This document shows, piece after piece, positions 22,672 to 33,231 of a stretch of 64,000 bases of DNA. The stretch is from assembly GCA_048013815.1 (NCBI GenBank), contig CM106585.1, positions 14,818,001 to 14,882,000 of the forward strand, read 5' to 3'. The stretch is from Setoptus koraiensis (Eukaryota; Animalia; Arthropoda). Within the stretch, counting starts at the first letter, position 1. Every line of letters begins with the position of its first letter. Position numbers and translations under genes: made by a program. The notes beneath the pieces were generated by a model, which did no database searches, was not told the origin of the DNA, and worked only from the letters and a program-made list of their open reading frames with translations.

Positions 22672-25611
22672 ATGGTTTCGGACAATTCAGTTTGTTACTC
22701 TATCGTGCACCGGCCAGGTGATTTTGAGAGCTGCAACGAGATCGAATTCAAAAAGGACTTCAGCAATGCCGACGTAGAAGTCAAAAAGGAGGCCCTCGAG
22801 GATCTCGTGCAGATGCTGCTGGATGGAGAGAAATTCCCACCGAATCTCCTCATGCCGGTCATTCAGTATCTATTGCCACAACAGGATAAACGTATCAAAA
22901 AATTATTGTTGCTCTTCTGGGAGATTGTGCCCAAACGGGGCCCAGATGGCAAATTGTTGCATGAGATGATTCTTGTTTGTGATGCCTATCGTAAAGACTT
23001 GGAACATCCCAACGAGTACGTCTGTGGTTCAACGTTGAGATTTTTGTCAAAATTGAACGAAGAGGAACTATTGGGCGAGCTTGTATCTCCCATAAGCCAT
23101 TGTCTCAAACGCAATCAACCCTATGCTAGAAAGAATGCCGTTTTAGCCATGGCCAAAATCTACATGAATTTCCCTCATTTATTGTATGATGCACCAACCA
23201 GAATTGCCGAGTACTTAGAACAAGAAAAAGATGAGGATTGCAGAAGGGACGCATTGTTGGCATTGATGCTTGTCGACCAGGATAAGGCCAAAGACTACAT
23301 GCACACTTGTATAGATAATATATTTAGATTGAACAGTTCCATACAACTGCTATTTGTGGAAACAATACTGAAGGTTTGCACCACTAATCGCGACCCTGTT
23401 GCTACCGAACAGTATATTGAGATATTATACAGTCTAATTGTGTCATCGTCGTCTCGCTCAGTAAGATATCAGGCAGCGGCCACCTTAATGCTACTGACGC
23501 GCTCGCCGCAAGCCATCAAAGAGGCAGCAAAATGTTTCATCGATATCTGCTCCAACGAAAGTGATAATAACGTAAAATTAATTGTCTTGGATAGTTTGAT
23601 CAATCTCAGAAAGACTCGCGGCGCTGAGCGTATTCTGCAAAATTCCATGATGGACATTCTTCGTATATTGCAAACCGCATCAGATTTAGAGGTAAGACAA
23701 AGAATATTAACGTTGTCGTTGGACCTGGTTACCTCTATTAATGTTCGCGAGATGGTCATGTTACTCAAGAAAGAAGTAGTCAGAATTTTTACCCCAAATG
23801 TGCTAGGTACTGTGGAAGAGACTACAAAATATCGACTTTTGCTTGTGGACACCCTCAATCAAATGTGTACCAAATTTCCAGAGGCGCTTGTTCATAGTGG
23901 TTTAATAGATACATTATTTGATCTACTCACTAGTGAGGCGATTGACGAGAAAACTTCTATGAAGGTCATCTCACTTATGAAAATATTCATGTTCAAAAAT
24001 CCAATCTATCAAACTGAAATTATTCGAAAAGTTCTGGAAACATTCAATCTCATTAAGACCACCAATCCATCAATACATCGTGGCCTATTGTGGTTGATGG
24101 GAGAGTTCTCAAGTACGACAAAGCAAATCGAAGATTCATACGATATAATCAAAGCATCCATTGGCAAACTACCTCTTGTAGCAACAGAGTTAGAGAAAGA
24201 GAAGGGAAACAAGGGTTCAGATGACCAGATTGAGCTAGAAAAGGGAACAGGTAAAGCTACTAATTCTAAGTTAGTCACTGCAGACGGTAGCTACGCCACA
24301 CAATCGGCAATTAGTGATTCATCTTCTGCTAACAAGTCCAGTATTAGTGATTTGCCTCCATTGAGATCCTATCTATTGAGCAATCATTTCGAAACAACTT
24401 CAGTGCTGGGTCACGCCTTAGTAAAAATGTGCTATAAATATCAGAATTTATCCATGCCTAGGAATGTTGTCAACAAATTTGTCGCAAAGTGCATGCTTCT
24501 ATTGGGGTCCATACTGAACATAGCACGCTCATCTTTGGATGACACAGAAGGCAATCCATTAATCATCGACAACGACCGCTATGAACAAATGTCATTATGC
24601 TTGAAGGTTTTGTTACTGATTTGTCGCGATGATCAACCATCTGTAGCAAAGTTAATGAGCAAGATATTCACAGAAGATATGAGGTCAGCATTAGGTTACA
24701 TGATCGATACAGTTGAAAAAGAAACTCTGGATGTTGCAATGGACAAGAAACAAATTAAGAAGGTTCAGTTTGATGACCGTATAGCATTCTCTATGCTCAC
24801 ACCTAAATCTGACAACATTATACTAGATCCAAACGAATCTCCATCAAATGATTCGGCCCTTGAGGAAGAGGGCGTGTTCAGTCCTAAGATGACAGACATA
24901 ATTCCACTTACTGGTCATACTGACCCAATATATGCTGAGTGCAAGTTCAGCGTCAACCAATATGATATTGGTCTTGATATACTACTCAAGAATCAGACTC
25001 AAGATACATTACAAAACGTTGCACTAGAGTTGTACACTCGTGGTGACCTAACTTTAATCAACAGACCCGAGCCATTAATACTGGGTCCTCTAGATTATAC
25101 TGAGATTCATACCTCTGTAAAAGTGGTATCAACTGAAAATGGCCGAATTTTCGGTAATATTGTTTACGATATCAGCGGCAACGCAAATATTCGTGAGCAA
25201 TTGATAGTTCTGAATGATATAAATATCAACATCACAGATTACATTAGGCCAGTAGCATGCAGCGATGAAGATTTCCGAGACATGTGGAGAGAATTCGAGT
25301 GGGAGAATAAAGTTATTGTTAAGACCCAATTGACAAATCTCAAGGAATATCTAGAGCACCTGATCAAATCAACCAACATGAAGTGCGTAACGCCTGAGCG
25401 GGCTCTTTCGGGCGACTGTTCGTTCCTTTGCGCTAACCTCTACGCAAAATCCTATTTCGGTGAAGATGCTCTTGTAAATGTGAGTTTAGACAAGGAAACG
25501 CCTGAATCAGTAGTTACTGGTCATGTTAAAATAAGATCGAGATCGCAAGGAATGGCACTAAGTTTGGGAGATAAAATTAGTTCTGCTCAAAATGCTGCTA
25601 AAGGAGCCTAA
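22672..25611 (+). CDS. COPB1: Coatomer subunit beta (beta-COP), intronless, ~979 aa
   Basis: Recognisable motifs IKKLLLLFWEIVPK, ILVCDAYRKDLEHPNEYVCGSTLRFL, LTGHTDPIYAE, FRDMWREFEWENKV and HVKIRSRSQGMALSLGDKI. First ATG at 22672; the ORF track starts at an upstream TTG. Confidence 0.97.
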   Translation: MVSDNSVCYSIVHRPGDFESCNEIEFKKDFSNADVEVKKEALEDLVQMLLDGEKFPPNLLMPVIQYLLPQQDKRIKKLLLLFWEIVPKRGPDGKLLHEMILVCDAYRKDLEHPNEYVCGSTLRFLSKLNEEELLGELVSPISHCLKRNQPYARKNAVLAMAKIYMNFPHLLYDAPTRIAEYLEQEKDEDCRRDALLALMLVDQDKAKDYMHTCIDNIFRLNSSIQLLFVETILKVCTTNRDPVATEQYIEILYSLIVSSSSRSVRYQAAATLMLLTRSPQAIKEAAKCFIDICSNESDNNVKLIVLDSLINLRKTRGAERILQNSMMDILRILQTASDLEVRQRILTLSLDLVTSINVREMVMLLKKEVVRIFTPNVLGTVEETTKYRLLLVDTLNQMCTKFPEALVHSGLIDTLFDLLTSEAIDEKTSMKVISLMKIFMFKNPIYQTEIIRKVLETFNLIKTTNPSIHRGLLWLMGEFSSTTKQIEDSYDIIKASIGKLPLVATELEKEKGNKGSDDQIELEKGTGKATNSKLVTADGSYATQSAISDSSSANKSSISDLPPLRSYLLSNHFETTSVLGHALVKMCYKYQNLSMPRNVVNKFVAKCMLLLGSILNIARSSLDDTEGNPLIIDNDRYEQMSLCLKVLLLICRDDQPSVAKLMSKIFTEDMRSALGYMIDTVEKETLDVAMDKKQIKKVQFDDRIAFSMLTPKSDNIILDPNESPSNDSALEEEGVFSPKMTDIIPLTGHTDPIYAECKFSVNQYDIGLDILLKNQTQDTLQNVALELYTRGDLTLINRPEPLILGPLDYTEIHTSVKVVSTENGRIFGNIVYDISGNANIREQLIVLNDININITDYIRPVACSDEDFRDMWREFEWENKVIVKTQLTNLKEYLEHLIKSTNMKCVTPERALSGDCSFLCANLYAKSYFGEDALVNVSLDKETPESVVTGHVKIRSRSQGMALSLGDKISSAQNAAKGA

Positions 25612-25747
25612 TCTTTTTCAATTAGATTGTATTTATCTTGATATACTATTAATAAAACAGATGAAACTACCAACAACAGAGTGACTTTCCTCAACATTTT
25701 TTTCACATTCCTCTGAACAAGAACATTTCGCAGATTTGCTCTATATT

Positions 25748-26177
25748 TCAAGTGAACGATGATTTTGCTTTTTCGACTATCGTTGATGACGTTTGGATAG
25801 GGTGATGAAGAAATCTGTCGACAAAACGAGAAGAATGTTTGACACTACAATTCCATTTGCGCTTCAAAACGGATTTATCTACGTAATTAGTAATATCGCT
25901 ATTGATCTTGGGGGTTGATGAAGGTGAAAGTTGTCGATATTTGGTGGTAGTGAAATTGATAAGCCTAGTCCATACATCTTTTTGCTCCTCGATCAATCTA
26001 TCGTCAACTTCATCCCATACTCTCTGCTGATAGATAGTGCAATATAGAAAAGAGGTAGGCAATCCATATCTGGAAGAGATTTGTAGGTGATATTAGAATA
26101 GTTGCATTGGCATGTTGGCGATATTGTAGTCACCTAAGGAGGACTTTAACTTACTTTATGATTTTTCTCAGGGCCAT
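25748..26177 (-). CDS. MICOS subunit MIC13/QIL1-like, 2 exons (26177-26155, 26069-25748), ~114 aa
   Basis: A GTAAGT...TTCCAG intron (26154-26070, 85 nt) joins ATG-GCC-CTG-AGA-AAA-ATC-ATA-AA in frame to the 104-aa ORF, giving MALRKIIKYGLPTSFLYCTIYQQRVWDEVDD...KRKWNCSVKHSSRFVDRF. Size, N-terminal hydrophobic segment, the 'VW' and the 'WN..VK' block resemble MIC13/QIL1 (recognised from memory, not searched). Confidence 0.62.
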
Positions 26178-26255
26178 TTTAAATATAGGCTGGATTCGAG
26201 GATGAACTCGTAACCGAAAGTCTTAAGTTGAGACACCGAGGTAAAAATAATGGTT
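26067..26255. repeat. Segment A (189 bp), direct copy at 28791-28979
   Basis: tatctggaagagattt...aaaataatggtt is present at both loci (offset 2724). It contains MIC13-like exon 1 and its intron. Confidence 0.95.
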
Positions 26256-26597
26256 ATAACAATGAGTGAACCATGAGTGATTGGAGACCAAAGAGGACAA
26301 TCATCTAGTTGTTATTTCTACTGTGTACATTTTCCAAATAACCAGTGACTTATTTGAAAGTCCGGCAGGGGCGCACGGAGCGCTTTAGACTGCGTGCACA
26401 AGCATAAAGTGTTAAATTAGATGTTTCTCTTCGTTGCTTACAAGCTTATTATACGCTGAAGCAAATAGATGCACGCGAATATTAACTACACGATGTATGA
26501 GAAAATCAAAGAGGGCTACCCTGACGGATCCGAGAGAAAGTAACAGGATGTGTATAGGAAAAAATGCACACAGCACAAATAAATGTTGCAATCAGCT

Positions 26598-26821
26598 GCT
26601 TTTCTCATGTTTATACGACACAGTCCATCCGGCATTTGAGTATATCCAGATGCTTTACAACTTTACCGAAAACTGGAGAAACTATTCTCTGTAGACCTCA
26701 AGTCTATGCCAAGATCCAATCATGTTTCAGGAACTATGGAATATTTGAAACAACATTTTCTGTCTTGTATTGTTTCGAAAATATCCGCGCTGCTATATTT
26801 ACCTTTGTAACGTATAAACAT
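26598..26821. repeat. Segment B (224 bp), direct copy at 28984-29207
   Basis: gcttttctcatgtttatacg...gtaacgtata is present at both loci (offset 2386), with two visible substitutions. Confidence 0.95.
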
Positions 26822-26824
26822 ACA

Positions 26825-28762
26825 ATGGTTATAATCAAACTACCCGAATCTGCGCCTCTCGATCCAGAGGATGAGGATTTCCTTGGCGTGATGAGTGAGA
26901 GCGAACCCGATGACGACGTAGATGATCTAGACTGGGAAGAGGTCAAGGCCAAAGACGATGACGACGATGAGGACGAGCTCGAGTTTAAAAGGATGCCCAT
27001 ATTGCCTGCCGAGGGTGTCGATATATTGATCGAGGACCATGGAAGTAGAAAGACAAAGAAGAAAAGAAAAGAGTTGGACCTGAATGAGATTGTGCGCAAG
27101 CATGTAAATAGGCAAAAAATTGCGTTGCAATTGAATAAACACAAACTCAGTCTTGTATTGTTTGTTGCCAGAGGATTGCGTTTATTGAAAATTGCCAGAT
27201 GTGATATAATAAGAGGTTTAGCTTTATCACTGGTGGATGATTGGTTTATGACACGTGCAAAATCTTCCACCACTATTAGTGACAAAAACAACAACAGCAA
27301 CAAAAAGGATACAATCGTCAGTAGTAAGCGGAAGACTAATGCGGCCAACAGCAAGAGGAAGGCCTCAGCTAGATCCTCAACAAAGAAGATTTGTCTCGAA
27401 GAGGAAATTGAAGATGTCACAGAGCAAGGAGAGAGTTCCACCGGTGAACGTGAATTTATTCTTGAATTCTTGGAATGGTTCAGCAAACGAGTGGCCATTT
27501 GTGACGATGACGACGTACGCGCGATGCACCTCAAAAATGCCTTCATGATCAATCTTCTCAATTGTTTCAGTGACCTACATGTGACCAGCCTCATCGAGCT
27601 TGTTTTAATATGTGCTGCCTGCTTGAAAGCTATAAAACCAAATCTACCTGTGAGAATTCTCAATATACTGCGTCCTATTACCAAGACGGCTAAACAGCCA
27701 GAAGAATCTGCTCCAGAACCCGCTGGAGTTCCAGAAAAACTCGATTTTTGGTTAGAGATATTCTCAGAGAGCGAAAACAAATGGATATGTGTTGACGTCT
27801 GCAACAATAAAATAGATGAACCAGAAGTTCTCAATGAACTCAACAAGCCCTTTTATTATTTGCTCTCGTTTGATATCGACCGCAATTGTATCAAACCAGC
27901 GGAGCAATACTATTGTCCAGATTGGTATGCACCAGCCTTCAAGCGCGAACGTTGCGATCCCAAATGGTGGCAGATGATCCTGGATGCCTACGGACCCTCA
28001 AAACAAAATGAAAAAGATGGTGCAGATGAGGCAAAATCTCAACAACTTCTAAACAAACAAGATCTACCTAAATCGGACAACGCATTCAGAAATCATCCTC
28101 TATACGTTCTACAGAAACACTTATTGAAGTACCAAGTGATTTATCCCCCAGATTGTGTGCCTGTTGGCTACTTCAAAGATGAGCCCATTTATCCTAGAGA
28201 TAGTGTTCACACATGTAGATCTCGCGAAACCTGGTTGCGTCAAGCGAAATCGGTGAAATTAGGCGAACAGCCCTACAAAATAGTTAAAGCACGCCCTAAA
28301 AAGGATAGATACACTGGCGATTATGTCAAAGACCTCCCATTGGAAATCTTTGGTGAATGGCAAACCGAAGCTTATGATCCACCAACCGCGCAGGATGGTA
28401 AAGTACCGCGTAATATTTATGGAAACGTTGATATGTATCAGCCATGCATGTTACCAAAAGGTTGTGTTCATTTAAAATTACCTGGCTTGCAAAAGATCGC
28501 CAATAAGTTAAATATAGACATTGCTGCTGCTGTCATAGGGTTCGATAGCCATTGCGGAGGTTATGGTTCTCATCCGGTAACTGACGGTTTTATAGTTTGC
28601 GAGGAGTACCAGGACACTCTGGAGGCAGCCTGGGATGAAGAGCAGATCAATGCTAGGAAGCGAGAGGAGGAAAAGCGCCAAAAGAGAATCTGGGACAACT
28701 GGAAGCGACTTTTGAAGGCAGCCATTATACGAGAAAAATTACGTGTTAAATACAAGGATTAA
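26825..28762 (+). CDS. XPC: XPC/Rad4 DNA-damage recognition protein, short copy (645 aa, internal 174-aa in-frame deletion)
   Basis: Near-identical to 30772-33231. Has LDFWLEIFSESENKWICVD, FRNHPLYVLQKHLLKYQ and VPRNIYGNVDMYQPCMLPKGCVHL (BHD1-3). The frame is also open to an upstream ATG at 26564 through segment B. Confidence 0.88.
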   Translation: MVIIKLPESAPLDPEDEDFLGVMSESEPDDDVDDLDWEEVKAKDDDDDEDELEFKRMPILPAEGVDILIEDHGSRKTKKKRKELDLNEIVRKHVNRQKIALQLNKHKLSLVLFVARGLRLLKIARCDIIRGLALSLVDDWFMTRAKSSTTISDKNNNSNKKDTIVSSKRKTNAANSKRKASARSSTKKICLEEEIEDVTEQGESSTGEREFILEFLEWFSKRVAICDDDDVRAMHLKNAFMINLLNCFSDLHVTSLIELVLICAACLKAIKPNLPVRILNILRPITKTAKQPEESAPEPAGVPEKLDFWLEIFSESENKWICVDVCNNKIDEPEVLNELNKPFYYLLSFDIDRNCIKPAEQYYCPDWYAPAFKRERCDPKWWQMILDAYGPSKQNEKDGADEAKSQQLLNKQDLPKSDNAFRNHPLYVLQKHLLKYQVIYPPDCVPVGYFKDEPIYPRDSVHTCRSRETWLRQAKSVKLGEQPYKIVKARPKKDRYTGDYVKDLPLEIFGEWQTEAYDPPTAQDGKVPRNIYGNVDMYQPCMLPKGCVHLKLPGLQKIANKLNIDIAAAVIGFDSHCGGYGSHPVTDGFIVCEEYQDTLEAAWDEEQINARKREEEKRQKRIWDNWKRLLKAAIIREKLRVKYKD

Positions 28763-28790
28763 AATGCGAAAATGATTGCGGCAACTAACT

Positions 28791-29207
28791 TATCTGGAAG
28801 AGATTTGTAGGTGATATTAGAATAGTTGCATTGGCATGTTGGCGATATTGTAGTCACCTAAGGAGGACTTTAACTTACTTTATGATTTTTCTCAGGGCCA
28901 TTTTAAATATAGGCTGGATTCGAGGATGAACTCGTAACCGAAAGTCTTAAGTTGAGACACCGAGGTAAAAATAATGGTTGTTGGCTTTTCTCATGTTTAT
29001 ACGACACAGTCCATCCGGCATTTGAGTATATCCAGATGCTCTACAACTTTACCGAAAACTGGAGAAACTATTCTCTGTAGACCTCAAGTCTATGCCAAGA
29101 TCCAATCATGTTTCAGGAACTATGGAATATTTGAAACAACATTTTCTGTCTTGTATTGTTTCGAAAATATCCGCGCTGCTATATTTACCTTTGTAACGTA
29201 TAGACAT
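28791..29207. repeat. Second copy of segments A+B, joined across a 342-bp deletion
   Basis: A (28791-28979) + gttg + B (28984-29207). The equivalent of 26256-26597 is absent. Confidence 0.93.
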
Positions 29208-30629
29208 TACCACGCTCACTACCTCCACGGACCGTATCTAGTGGCACAGAATCTGTGCTACAGATCAAGTAAGATGGAGTACCCGGTACACCATGTGCTT
29301 TTAGGGGGGTGGGGGTATCACTGTGGCGGTGTCGTTGTTGGCCGAAGGTACGCATGCACTGAAACTGAAACCCAGCATGTCCCACTATTTCCGTTCCACG
29401 ACTGCCACCGCGGTCACAACGTGTATAAAAAGGATCAAAAATCGAGGTTTTTATTCAATTACAGATTCAGTTAATAATGGCAACAGGTCGTCTCAAATTG
29501 TAAGTATAGCAATTATTCAACCCACCTAGTGTACACAGCATGTGTAGGATGATGAATACATAATTATACCACAAATTATATTTGATATGCACTTGATGAT
29601 AAATTTCTGCTGACTACCTCCCACCTTAAAAAATCGACAGAGCTCGAGAATTTTTCATGAAATTAACTAACCGGGTCCTTTCTCCAAACCCCACATCGCA
29701 GGTTGCGGCCTTCAGTATCATGGTCACGACGATACACAATAAAGGTACGTTTCAATACTGCTTAGCAGTCAATCTCACCAGAGCTTAAATGATGATAACT
29801 GATTTTGCCATATGAGGAATCGCTAGTCCACAGACATGAAATCACCAATACCGTTCCCACGTTATAATCTGAGTCAGCTCTTTGAAGACATCCAAAGTCT
29901 ATCCCATCGCTCCCAAATGATATGTCTAAAATGTTATGTCTCTTTCTCACCCAATATTTTTTCTGTGCGCATTTTTAAACAGGTAAGTCTCTCTCGAAAG
30001 GATCCGATCGCTCAATTCGGGCTCAGAGTAGATGTAATCGCACATCTATCAAGGATTTGTCTGTTTCTACACAAACTTCGTTAGCTCAATTCATCCCCTG
30101 AACAAATAATGGTACGAATGGAGCCGTATCTGGGCCTGTTAAATTCCATTCTGATGAAAGAGTCAACACTTGCCCGGAACCAAGGAACTAGGTTTTGTCC
30201 TTCGGGAGGCAGTGTGGTGTGTTGCGAGCATGGTCAGCAAGTGACCGCGTAGAGCATGCCTTTTTAAAGCAAATTTTTTAAAGTTTACTCAACATTTAAA
30301 TAAACAGTTTTATCCTGCAAGTCGTTTAGTGCCCCCTCGAAATCACTTCATCTTTGCCGCGCATTTGGTTTGATTGTGCACAATTTTCGTGCACTATTCA
30401 CCAAATATCCATGAGTTCTCCACAGACGAATGCCTCTGTGTAGGTGAACGAATCGCTCAACGAATCCTAACACATCCCAGACCGCCTACAGTGTATTCAC
30501 ACGTGATTGGTGGTTTTTGCCGTTTATTTATCTCGATCTATCTTGTTGCACATGATACCACGTGCAAATAAAGGAAAAATAACTCATTGTCCATTGCCAT
30601 TGTATGCACGATTTATTTGTTTGTTATTT

Positions 30630-30753
30630 GTGAGTGCTATAATATCAGATCGCCTAATTCTTCGAGCATTATATTAACTACTATTATCATATGTCGACCC
30701 ACACAATGCTCAGGACAGAAGAGGAACAATTGTGATCACATTATTTTCGCCAG
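30630..30753 (+). other. Probable 5'-UTR intron of the long XPC copy
   Basis: GTGAGT donor at 30630 and ttattttcgcCAG acceptor 18 nt before the ATG. The 124-nt length matches other introns here. Confidence 0.45.
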
Positions 30754-30771
30754 ACAACTTCGGCCAATACA

Positions 30772-33231
30772 ATGGTTATAATCAAACTACCCGAATCTGC
30801 GCCTCTCGATCCAGAGGATGAGGATTTCCTTGGCGTGATGAGTGAGAGCGAACCCGATGACGACGTAGATGATCCAGACTGGGAAGAGGTCAAGGCCAAA
30901 GACGATGACGACGATGAGGACGAGCTCGAGTTTAAAAGGATGCCCATATTGCCTGCCGAGGGTGTCGATATATTGATCGAGGACCATGGAAGTAGAAAGA
31001 CAAAGAAGAAAAGAAAAGAGTTGGACCTGAATGAGATTGTGCGCAAGCATGTAAATAGGCAAAAAATTGCGTTGCAATTGAATAAACACAAACTCAGTCT
31101 TGTATTGTTTGTTGCCAGAGGATTGCGTTTATTGAAAATTGCCAGATGTGATATAATAAGAGGTTTAGCTTTATCACTGGTGGATGATTGGTTTATGACA
31201 CGTGCAAAATCTTCCACCACTATTAGTGACAAAAACAACAACAGCAACAAAAAGGATACAATCGTCAGTAGTAAGCGGAAGACTAATGCGGCCAACAGCA
31301 AGAGGAAGGCCTCAGCTAGATCCTCAACAAAGAAGATTTGTCTCGAAGAGGAAATTGAAGATGTCACAGAGCAAGGAGAGAGTTCCACCGGTGAACGTGA
31401 ATTTATTCTTGAATTCTTGGAATGGTTCAGCAAACGAGTGGCCATTTGTGACGATGACGACGTACGCGCGATGCACCTCAAAAATGCCTTCATGATCAAT
31501 CTTCTCAATTGTTTCAGTAACCTACATGTGACCAGCCTCATCGAGCTTGTTTTAATATGTGCTGCCTGCTTGAAAGCTATAAAACCAAATCTACCTGTGA
31601 GAATTCTCAATATACTGCGTCCTATTACCATGAGGGCCGATATCATACCAAAGAACGCCAACAACGTAACTCAGGATATTAACGAGAGTATTTTTGGCGA
31701 TCAATCAACTAGCAACTGTGTAGAACAATCAAAGAAGGAAAAAGATGCACCGCCGTCAATTGAAGAAAATCATTCCTCGCATCTCCTCACCGACGGCCAG
31801 AGAAAACTCGATATCGACTTTTTAATCGTTTCCAATTTAGACATGGCCCCAGAAAGTTCGGAAAAGGCTAAGAAAGTGTCCACATCTAAGAAGGTGAAGA
31901 AACCTGAGCCACATGAGCAGGAACCAATCAAAGAGCCCACCAAGCGGAGAACCTCCAGAGTTACTAAGGTCAAGAGTGAAACGTATCGAGAGGCTCCCGA
32001 GGTCGAGGAAGAAGATGAGCCTAGGGCAAAAAGGAGAATCAGCAAAGCCAAACCAAAGACAGATACTAAGAAGGGTAAGAAAAATATCAGTGATGACGAA
32101 GAAGAAGTTAACAAAACTAAAAAAAGGAATAGTGATACGAAATCAAGCAAAAAGACGGCTAAACAGCCAGAAGAATCTGCTCCAGAACCCGCTGGAGTTC
32201 CAGAAAAACTCGATTTTTGGTTAGAGATATTCTCAGAGAGCGAAAACAAATGGATATGTGTTGACGTCTGCAACAATAAAATAGATGAACCAGAAGTTCT
32301 CAATGAACTCAACAAGCCCTTTTATTATTTGCTCTCGTTTGATATCGACCGCAATTGTATCAAACCAGCGGAGCAATACTATTGTCCAGATTGGTATGCA
32401 CCAGCCTTCAAGCGCGAACGTTGCGATCCCAAATGGTGGCAGATGATCCTGGATGCCTACGGACCCTCAAAACAAAATGAAAAAGATGGTGCAGATGAGG
32501 CAAAATCTCAACAACTTCTAAACAAACAAGATCTACCTAAATCGGACAACGCATTCAGAAATCATCCTCTATACGTTCTACAGAAACACTTATTGAAGTA
32601 CCAAGTGATTTATCCCCCAGATTGTGTGCCTGTTGGCTACTTCAAAGATGAGCCCATTTATCCTAGAGATAGTGTTCACACATGTAGATCTCGCGAAACC
32701 TGGTTGCGTCAAGCGAAATCGGTGAAATTAGGCGAACAGCCCTACAAAATAGTTAAAGCACGCCCTAAAAAGGATAGATACACTGGCGATTATGTCAAAG
32801 ACCTCCCATTGGAAATCTTTGGTGAATGGCAAACCGAAGCTTATGATCCACCAACCGCGCAGGATGGTAAAGTACCGCGTAATATTTATGGAAACGTTGA
32901 TATGTATCAGCCATGCATGTTACCAAAAGGTTGTGTTCATTTAAAATTACCTGGCTTGCAAAAGATCGCCAATAAGTTAAATATAGACATTGCTGCTGCT
33001 GTCATAGGGTTCGATAGCCATTGCGGAGGTTATGGTTCTCATCCGGTAACTGACGGTTTTATAGTTTGCGAGGAGTACCAGGACACTCTGGAGGCAGCCT
33101 GGGATGAAGAGCAGATCAATGCTAGGAAGCGAGAGGAGGAAAAGCGCCAAAAGAGAATCTGGGACAACTGGAAGCGACTTTTGAAGGCAGCCATTATACG
33201 AGAAAAATTACGTGTTAAATACAAGGATTAA
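30772..33231 (+). CDS. XPC: XPC/Rad4 DNA-damage recognition protein, full-length copy (819 aa), intronless CDS
   Basis: Acidic N-terminus, a transglutaminase-like domain split by a K/E/R-rich disordered loop, BHD1-3 motifs, and a C-terminal helix (WDNWKRLLKAAIIREKLRVKY). Confidence 0.96.
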   Translation: MVIIKLPESAPLDPEDEDFLGVMSESEPDDDVDDPDWEEVKAKDDDDDEDELEFKRMPILPAEGVDILIEDHGSRKTKKKRKELDLNEIVRKHVNRQKIALQLNKHKLSLVLFVARGLRLLKIARCDIIRGLALSLVDDWFMTRAKSSTTISDKNNNSNKKDTIVSSKRKTNAANSKRKASARSSTKKICLEEEIEDVTEQGESSTGEREFILEFLEWFSKRVAICDDDDVRAMHLKNAFMINLLNCFSNLHVTSLIELVLICAACLKAIKPNLPVRILNILRPITMRADIIPKNANNVTQDINESIFGDQSTSNCVEQSKKEKDAPPSIEENHSSHLLTDGQRKLDIDFLIVSNLDMAPESSEKAKKVSTSKKVKKPEPHEQEPIKEPTKRRTSRVTKVKSETYREAPEVEEEDEPRAKRRISKAKPKTDTKKGKKNISDDEEEVNKTKKRNSDTKSSKKTAKQPEESAPEPAGVPEKLDFWLEIFSESENKWICVDVCNNKIDEPEVLNELNKPFYYLLSFDIDRNCIKPAEQYYCPDWYAPAFKRERCDPKWWQMILDAYGPSKQNEKDGADEAKSQQLLNKQDLPKSDNAFRNHPLYVLQKHLLKYQVIYPPDCVPVGYFKDEPIYPRDSVHTCRSRETWLRQAKSVKLGEQPYKIVKARPKKDRYTGDYVKDLPLEIFGEWQTEAYDPPTAQDGKVPRNIYGNVDMYQPCMLPKGCVHLKLPGLQKIANKLNIDIAAAVIGFDSHCGGYGSHPVTDGFIVCEEYQDTLEAAWDEEQINARKREEEKRQKRIWDNWKRLLKAAIIREKLRVKYKD

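Noticed and set aside
26357-26520. GAAAGTCC motif suggesting RNase P/MRP RNA
   Set aside because: Only the 8-mer and a weak possible partner are present; I could not build the P4/P1 helices. An Infernal search against the Rfam RNase P/MRP models would settle it.
26734-27846. Long antisense ORFs over XPC (also 30741-31664 and 31770-32315) and over the spectraplakin and ATP13A CDSs
   Set aside because: Shadow frames of real genes (Ser/Leu-rich mirror of acidic and basic codons).
29208-30300. Possible further PERK-derived debris or a gene in the inter-XPC spacer
   Set aside because: Only scattered 10-14-nt matches to the PERK 3' region and short ORFs; not distinguishable from chance by eye.
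31631-32152. The segment missing from the short XPC as a lost intron (retrocopy)
   Set aside because: The boundaries are not GT-AG, the segment is open coding sequence matching the known XPC loop, and there is no poly(A) tail at the 3' junction.
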